Below the pieces are notes generated by a model. It saw only the letters and a list, made by a program, of their open reading frames with translations. It ran no database searches and had not been told where the DNA came from. DNA of 32,922 nucleotides from an uncultured archaeon. Lineage in GTDB: Archaea; Iainarchaeota; Iainarchaeia; Iainarchaeales; DTGL01. This document shows positions 27,058-32,922 of the stretch, piece by piece. Position 1 is the stretch's first letter. Each line of letters starts with the position of its first letter. The stretch lies in NCBI GenBank assembly GCA_964551725.1, contig CAZKED010000013.1:1-32922 (forward strand), given 5' to 3'. A program made the translations under genes and the position numbers.

Positions 27058-27172
27058 TAGAAACATGACCAAGAAAGGCGTTTAAGGTTATTTTTTAGGC
27101 ATTTCTTGAATTAGGCGCGCTACTGTACTAAAATCGAAAAACATTTAACAACTATTTTCTACATATAGAAAC

Positions 27173-27703
27173 ATGGAAAAACCGGAAGCAATCATCACCA
27201 TATTAATCGCTCTCATGATGTTAGCAGTCGGGGTATTGACTTTTATAAATAGTTCTCAATTGTACAATATTGCAGTGGAAACAAACCAATCGACAAAGAA
27301 TGTGGAAAACCTAACAGGCATAATGGCAAGAAATGAACCGAGCATTGCCCTTACTACAAGGCTAAATGATTTTTATCCCGGATCAACATTGTTAAGAATT
27401 TGGGTTACTAACAACGGCTTTGTTCCAGTTATCTTGTGGGAGACATACCCTGTAAAACAAAAATGTGGTTCAAAGGTTGAAGAAATAGGCGAACTCACTT
27501 TCTCCAAATTCATGTCCTATAAAAACCCCGAAGACGCACCAAAAACATTTGCCAAAGTCGGGGCAATGGCAGCCTATAGAGCCCAATTACCCCCCGAAAC
27601 GGTTAAAGAAAATTGCACTATCATAATAGAAATTGAAACATACGGAATTAATCCAGCAAACGCTCTACTAGAAATTCCAGTAGAGAATAGACAACCAGAA
27701 TAG
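27173..27703 (+). CDS. Membrane-anchored hypothetical protein
   Basis: N-terminal TM (AIITILIALMMLAVGVLTFI), beta-rich ectodomain. TATA about 27143. Confidence 0.65.
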   Translation: MEKPEAIITILIALMMLAVGVLTFINSSQLYNIAVETNQSTKNVENLTGIMARNEPSIALTTRLNDFYPGSTLLRIWVTNNGFVPVILWETYPVKQKCGSKVEEIGELTFSKFMSYKNPEDAPKTFAKVGAMAAYRAQLPPETVKENCTIIIEIETYGINPANALLEIPVENRQPE

Positions 27704-27720
27704 CTTTATTCAAGCAGTAT

Positions 27721-28236
27721 TCAATAGTAACTAGCCACCCCAAAATCCTTCCGTTTCTCCGGAATTGCTCTCACGAACTCGTCTATCTGCTTTTTCACTT
27801 CTAATGCCTCGTGCTTGTCCTTTATTTGCTCCTTTGTCCTAGCATTAATTATCTTGGTTTGGTTGCCCTTCCCTACCTTTATGAGGAATTCCTGGCTTTC
27901 CTCACTGTCGCCATTCGCAATAACTTTCTCCAGCGTATCCAACCTTTTCAACAATGCTTTCCTTTTCTCCTCCACCTTCTTATTGAACACCCTAACCGGG
28001 TCCAGAATAAAATAGTTTCGGGGATTTGAATTAGAACAGTCAACGAGGTCAGCATCGATTAGCTCTTTTAAAACGGAGTAAATGGTTGCCTTGCAGATGC
28101 CCGTTTCTTCAATCACCTGCCTTGCGGTTTTTACCTCGCTTGACAGCAGGCAAAAGTACGCTCGCGCGTGGTTGACTCCAAAGCCATCTATCAGGTCAGA
28201 GTAGACTTGCACTAGTAGTGCTTCTTCTTCTCTCAA
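27721..28236 (-). CDS. TrmB-family HTH transcriptional regulator
   Basis: FGVNHARAYFCLL, TARQVIEETGI.KATIYSVLKEL...LV, NPRNY. TTG start. Confidence 0.8.
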   Translation of the reverse strand: MREEEALLVQVYSDLIDGFGVNHARAYFCLLSSEVKTARQVIEETGICKATIYSVLKELIDADLVDCSNSNPRNYFILDPVRVFNKKVEEKRKALLKRLDTLEKVIANGDSEESQEFLIKVGKGNQTKIINARTKEQIKDKHEALEVKKQIDEFVRAIPEKRKDFGVASYY

Positions 28237-28265
28237 TTTCTGCCCCCTTTCTCCAGCCGGAAGCC

Positions 28266-28952
28266 CTATTTTTCCAATCTTCCCTTCCTTATGCCGAGCT
28301 TCATTCCGAAAAACCTTGCGGATTCCTCCGCGCTCGTGAAGAAAAGTCTTCCGCCGACCACGATAAAAGTCGGATACCCCCTTATGGCTTCCATGATTAC
28401 ATGGTTTGTCGAGTGAATGAGATAGTCCTCGATTTCACCGTACCGGGATTTCATCATCCTGCTCCTTACTCTGGCATCCATTACATTCAACCCCGCCATT
28501 GCGAAAACTAGAAACGGGTTGGAAGTTGAATGGGGTTTAGTGGTGGACTTGATGCTCAGCCCAGCCCCAAGAAGGCCGAACCCTACTGCACCGACTACGT
28601 CCCAGTTTCTCTCTCCCCTCAGCGGGCCGACTCCCTTCACCATCTGCCTGAGCTCAGGGCTCATCTGTTCCTCCGGCAGTTCCCTGCCCTTGATAGAAAG
28701 CCTCAGGCCGCTTGCGAGCTTAATCCTGTATCTGCCCCTCGAAAACTTAATCTCTGATTTAATGGCGGTAGGAGTTTTTAATCTTCTGAAAATTTCAAGA
28801 GTAGGCGGAATCTGCCTTTGCCTTTCAGGCGACTCCCTACCCCTCTGGGCCTGTCTCCTCTTCCGCCTTCTGGAAAAGGGCAACCGGTTCCTTTTGTTTC
28901 CAGTGTGTCCGGATTTCGAGCCGCCTTTGATGCCGGGCAATTGTTTCACCAT
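28266..28952 (-). CDS. Hypothetical basic protein with hydrophobic hairpin
   Basis: Arg-rich N-terminus. VVGAVGFGLLGAGL and FLVFAMAGL segments. Confidence 0.55.
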   Translation of the reverse strand: MVKQLPGIKGGSKSGHTGNKRNRLPFSRRRKRRQAQRGRESPERQRQIPPTLEIFRRLKTPTAIKSEIKFSRGRYRIKLASGLRLSIKGRELPEEQMSPELRQMVKGVGPLRGERNWDVVGAVGFGLLGAGLSIKSTTKPHSTSNPFLVFAMAGLNVMDARVRSRMMKSRYGEIEDYLIHSTNHVIMEAIRGYPTFIVVGGRLFFTSAEESARFFGMKLGIRKGRLEK

Positions 28953-29220
28953 AGATACCTAAGTTTCAATAATATTTATTGGTTTTCGGTTATGTCTAAT
29001 TCCGATTATTGCATTTTTTAACCATTTTTCCCCGCTTCTATATATCCAGCCATTGCGCGGGAGGTTTTCCTGCCGGAGACCGAAAGGTTTTAACGTTTTT
29101 AATGGAAAAATTGTTTTATATTATAATTTTATAACGCAAAAGGGGGAAAATCCGCGGAGTGCATAAAAAGCAGCGCGAACTGAAGGAGTTTTTTTAACCC
29201 TTTTCCCCTTTTTTTCCCAT

Positions 29221-30024
29221 ATGGAGTGGGGAAAAGAATCCGGCAGAATCCTGAACGAAGTGAGGGAAAAAAAGCCCTTGGTGCACCATTTGACCAACTG
29301 GGTTACCATTTACGACTGCGCGAACGTAACCCGCGCCATTGGCGCTTTGCCTGTAATGGCCCACGCAAGGGAAGAAGTCAAGGAAATGGCGTCCATCGCG
29401 CAGGCACTGGTGTTCAACATTGGAACGCTAACGCCCGCATTCGTTCAATCCATGCTCCTCGCGGGAGAAAAAGCAAACGAACTTGGAATTCCGGTAATTC
29501 TTGACGCGGTGGGAGCCGGCGCCACAACTCTCCGCACCAAAAAGGCGAAGGAATTAATGGAATCGCTGCAGTTCGCTGTCATAAAGGGCAATGCCTCGGA
29601 GGCAGCTGTGCTCGCTGGTCTGGATGCCAAAACGCGGGGCGTCGAGGCTTCGAGGGTAGAAGGAAACCTGGAGGAGGTCGCGAGAATTCTTTCAAAAAGC
29701 AGCGGCACAACAGTTGTGATTACGGGAAAAGAGGACATTGTTTCAGGCGCGGAAAAAACCGTGCTTGTGAAAAACGGGCACGAGCTGATGGGGTGCTTTG
29801 TAGGCACGGGATGCATGCTCGCCTCGGTACTCGGCGCTTTCTGCGGCGCTGAAAGGGATTCGTTAAAGGCAGCGGTTGCCGGAACCTCGTGCTTCGGGAT
29901 TGCTGGGGAGCTGGCGGCAAAAAAAGCAAGCGCGCCGGCGGCATACAAAAACGAATTTTTCGACGCGCTTTTTCGCCTGGACGCGGGCACGGTTGAAAAA
30001 ATGGCGAAAGTTTCGGAAGTGTAA
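29221..30024 (+). CDS. thiM: Hydroxyethylthiazole kinase
   Basis: PLVHHLTNWVT, PVMAHA, NIGTL, IKGNASE, GTGCM. Confidence 0.96.
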   Translation: MEWGKESGRILNEVREKKPLVHHLTNWVTIYDCANVTRAIGALPVMAHAREEVKEMASIAQALVFNIGTLTPAFVQSMLLAGEKANELGIPVILDAVGAGATTLRTKKAKELMESLQFAVIKGNASEAAVLAGLDAKTRGVEASRVEGNLEEVARILSKSSGTTVVITGKEDIVSGAEKTVLVKNGHELMGCFVGTGCMLASVLGAFCGAERDSLKAAVAGTSCFGIAGELAAKKASAPAAYKNEFFDALFRLDAGTVEKMAKVSEV

Positions 30025-30026
30025 AA

Positions 30027-30659
30027 ATGCTTGAAAACCTAGGGCTGTATTTCATCACCGACAGCAATCTCACAAAAAACGGGGTGGTGGAGGACTGCAG
30101 GATTGCAATCGATGCGGGCGTCCGCGTGATACAGTACAGGGAAAAGTCGCTGGGCAGGGAAAAAATGCTCGAGGAAGCACTTGAAATTTCGCGCCTCTGC
30201 AGGCGCGCGGGCGTGCTGTTCATAGTGAACGACGACGTGGACATTGCGCGGAGAGTGAATGCTGACGGCATTCACCTAGGGCAGGAAGACGAAGCAATCA
30301 AAGAGGCCAGAAGTGCCTTGGGCGGCAAAATAATAGGAATCACCGTGCACGATTTAGGGGAAGCGCTTGAGGCGGAACGCTTGGGAGCGGATTACCTGGG
30401 AGTCAGCCCGGTCTTCCACACAGATACAAAGAAGGACGCCGGAAAAGCGATAGGGCTGAAAGCGCTTGCGGGAATAAAGGAAAAAGTGAAAATTCCCGTG
30501 GTGGCAATAGGCGGAATCCGGACGGAAAACCTGGGGGAAGTGGTAAGAGCGGGAGCCGACGGCGTTTGCATGATTTCGGCTATTGTTGGAAAAGAAAACA
30601 TGGCGGAAAGGATTAAAGAAGTTACGGGGAAAATTGATTCCCTGAGGCGAGAAAAATGA
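30027..30659 (+). CDS. thiE: Thiamine-phosphate synthase (ThiE type)
   Basis: LYFITD, QYREK, IVNDD, GIHLGQED, TDTK, VAIGGI. Confidence 0.96.
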   Translation: MLENLGLYFITDSNLTKNGVVEDCRIAIDAGVRVIQYREKSLGREKMLEEALEISRLCRRAGVLFIVNDDVDIARRVNADGIHLGQEDEAIKEARSALGGKIIGITVHDLGEALEAERLGADYLGVSPVFHTDTKKDAGKAIGLKALAGIKEKVKIPVVAIGGIRTENLGEVVRAGADGVCMISAIVGKENMAERIKEVTGKIDSLRREK

Positions 30660-31927
30660 CACAGCTGGAAAAAGCAAAAAAAGGGGTTACCACAAAGGAA
30701 ATGAAGAAAGTTGCGAAAGCGGAAGGAATCCCCGCGGAATTTGTGAGGAAAAAGGTGGCAAATGGGGAAATTGTAATTCCCGCCAACACCATTCACCTCA
30801 AAAAAGGGCTCAAGGCAATAGGAATCGGCTCCGCACTGAAGACAAAAATAAACACCAACATAGGAACAAGCCCCCTGAGGGAAGACGAGAAATGCGAGGT
30901 TGAAAAACTGAAAATAGCGGTAAAATACGGAACGGACGCGGCAATGGACCTGAGCACTGGCAGGGGAATCGACTCAACGAGGAGAAAAATAATACGCAGT
31001 GCAGGCATTCCCATAGGCACTGTTCCAATATACCAAGTGCTTGCCGAAAAACCGCTTAGCAAAATTTCAGAGGAAGACATTTTTTCGGTTATAGAAAGGC
31101 AGTGCAGGGACGGGGTGGACTTCATTACAGTCCATGCGGGAATAACGCGCAAAAACGCCCCCCTTGCGAAAGACCGCCTCACGGGAATAGTGAGCCGAGG
31201 CGGCTCAATGATTGCTAAATGGATAGAATACAGTAAAAAGGAAAACCCGCTGTACGAGGACTTTGATTTGCTGTGCGATATTGCGCGAAAATACGACGTA
31301 ACACTGAGCTTGGGCGACGCGCTGAGACCCGGCTCGATAAAGGATTCCACGGACCACGCCCAGTTATGCGAACTCAAAATTCTGGGAAAGCTTGCGGCAA
31401 GAGCGAATGCCTTGGGGGTGCAGGCAATGATTGAAGGACCAGGACACATCCCCCTGCACGAAATAAGGAGGAACGTGGAACTTGAAAAAAAATACTGCAA
31501 CAACGCCCCATTTTACGTGCTCGGCCCTATTGTGACGGACATTGCGCCGGGATATGACCACATCACGGGAGCGATAGGGGCAAGCATTGCGGCAATGCAC
31601 GGCGCGGCATTCCTGTGCTATGTCACGCCCAGCGAGCACCTGGGGCTGCCGAGCGTGGAGGACGTGAGGGAAGGGGTCATCGCATTCAAGATTGCAGCGC
31701 ATGCAGCAGACATATCAAAAGGAATAAAAGGAGCGGAAAAATGGGACAACGAAATGTCAAGGCACAGGAAAAAACTGGACTGGAAGAAAATGATCGAGCT
31801 TGCGATCAACCCGGAAAAAGCACTTGATTACAGGAAGCGCCTGAACAGGAGCATTGCAAAAGGAACGTGCTCGATGTGCGGGGAATTCTGCCCGATGAAG
31901 GAAAGAGTGGGAAAAAATGCGGATTGA
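30656..31927 (+). CDS. thiC: Phosphomethylpyrimidine synthase
   Basis: KINTNIGTS, MDLSTG, GTVPIYQ, SRGGS, EGPGH, CYVTPSEHL, CSMCGEFC. Confidence 0.98.
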   Translation: MTQLEKAKKGVTTKEMKKVAKAEGIPAEFVRKKVANGEIVIPANTIHLKKGLKAIGIGSALKTKINTNIGTSPLREDEKCEVEKLKIAVKYGTDAAMDLSTGRGIDSTRRKIIRSAGIPIGTVPIYQVLAEKPLSKISEEDIFSVIERQCRDGVDFITVHAGITRKNAPLAKDRLTGIVSRGGSMIAKWIEYSKKENPLYEDFDLLCDIARKYDVTLSLGDALRPGSIKDSTDHAQLCELKILGKLAARANALGVQAMIEGPGHIPLHEIRRNVELEKKYCNNAPFYVLGPIVTDIAPGYDHITGAIGASIAAMHGAAFLCYVTPSEHLGLPSVEDVREGVIAFKIAAHAADISKGIKGAEKWDNEMSRHRKKLDWKKMIELAINPEKALDYRKRLNRSIAKGTCSMCGEFCPMKERVGKNAD

Positions 31928-32922
31928 GAAAATAGGCGAATTCGGGCTGATTGAAAGGATAGCAAAAAAAGCGGGGAAGGGCAGGGCGCTTGTGGGAATC
32001 GGCGATGATACCGCAGTGCTGAAATACGGCGGAAAGCTTTTGCTCTGGACCGTTGACACGCTCGTGGAAGGAGACCATTTTTCGCTTGAATGGTTTTCTC
32101 CGAGACAGGTCGGAATGAAAGCAATTGAAATAAACGCAAGCGACATTTATGCCATGGGCGGAATTCCCAAGCAGGCACTGGTCGCACTTGTGCTGCCGCA
32201 CGGAACGCGCGTTGAATTGGTTGACGGAACCTACGAGGGAATGCTAAGCGCGGCGAAAAAGCACGGGATTGAAATTGTCGGCGGAAACATCACGCACGGA
32301 AGGCAGCTCGCAATCGACGTAACAATGCTCGGAACCGCGGAGAAAAAAAAGCTCTCCCTGAGAAGCGGGGCAAAGCCAAACGACCTCATATGCGTGAGCG
32401 GTCCCTTGGGGGACTCCCGCGCCGGACTTATCGTTTTCCTCAGGGGGAAGCGCGGATTCAAAAAACTGAGGAAAAAATACCTCGAGCCGAAAGCAAAACC
32501 GGAAAAAGCCAAAAAGCTTGCGGGGAAAGTGAATGCAATGATTGACGTCAGCGATGGGCTGGCATCCGAGGTAAGGAACATCTGCACGCAGAGCAAGTGC
32601 GGCGCTGTCCTGCACCACGAAAAAATCCCGGTTTCAAGGGAAGCCAAAAAGCTCGCTGCAAGGATAGGCACGGATGCCGCAAGATTCGCTCTTTTCGGCG
32701 GCGAGGATTTCGAGCTTGTTTTCAGCGTGCCGGAAAAAAAATTCAGGAAGGAAATGGGCGTTCCCGTTGGAAAAATCACGAAAGGAAGAAAAATCTTTCT
32801 GGAGAAAAAAGGGGTAAGGCTTCCCTTGGAGAAATTCGGATATGACCACTTCAAGGAAAACATTGAAAAAGTAACAAACCTTCGGTTTGATTCTGGTTTT
32901 GGGCAAGCCCTATCTGGCGGTA
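31917..32922 (+). CDS. thiL: Thiamine-monophosphate kinase, 3' end open at window edge (not in ORF track)
   Basis: GEFGLIERI, GIGDDTAV, DTLVEGDHF, SDIYAMGG, IDVSDGL, GGEDFEL, GYDHF. No stop before 32922. Confidence 0.93.
   Translation, partial: MRIEKIGEFGLIERIAKKAGKGRALVGIGDDTAVLKYGGKLLLWTVDTLVEGDHFSLEWFSPRQVGMKAIEINASDIYAMGGIPKQALVALVLPHGTRVELVDGTYEGMLSAAKKHGIEIVGGNITHGRQLAIDVTMLGTAEKKKLSLRSGAKPNDLICVSGPLGDSRAGLIVFLRGKRGFKKLRKKYLEPKAKPEKAKKLAGKVNAMIDVSDGLASEVRNICTQSKCGAVLHHEKIPVSREAKKLAARIGTDAARFALFGGEDFELVFSVPEKKFRKEMGVPVGKITKGRKIFLEKKGVRLPLEKFGYDHFKENIEKVTNLRFDSGFGQALSGG

Noticed and set aside
29150-29215. TPP riboswitch before thiM
   Set aside because: GGAGUGC...CUGA...ACCC is faintly similar, but UGAGA and the whole CUGAU...UAAU...GCGUAGGGA half are absent.

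Overview
Archaeal genomic DNA. The archaeal markers (dph5, Trm5-family, NucS, DUF63, DUF357, TATA promoters with many leaderless genes) and compact layout suggest a DPANN lineage, possibly Iainarchaeota/Diapherotrites; this is inference. About 1-21.7 kb and 29.2-32.9 kb are housekeeping: SPFH, HPS-like, MscS, ScpA, KaiC-like ATPase, ahcY, a DUF4258/Zn-finger-AbrB toxin-antitoxin pair, an adk-kinase-APH operon, Trm5, dph5, acyP, porCDAB, UDG, dcd, DHH, two peptidases and thiM-thiE-thiC-thiL. About 21.7-29.2 kb is a mostly AT-richer accessory region: HEAT-repeat nucleotidyltransferase, a 5' nucS remnant, TraB-like protein, intact nucS, RHH protein, HEPN protein, Zn-ribbon protein and TrmB. The most notable observation is a candidate small structured RNA in two divergent intergenic copies (15832-15916 +, 26990-27057 -). 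Each has a TATA box, its own closing stem and a shared UUCAACC-NN-CUCUCUUAGCAG core. Four reading frames missing from the ORF track were found by reading: 54 aa, 42 aa, a 29-aa nucS remnant, and thiL. No rRNA, tRNA, CRISPR array, integrase or transposase was seen.
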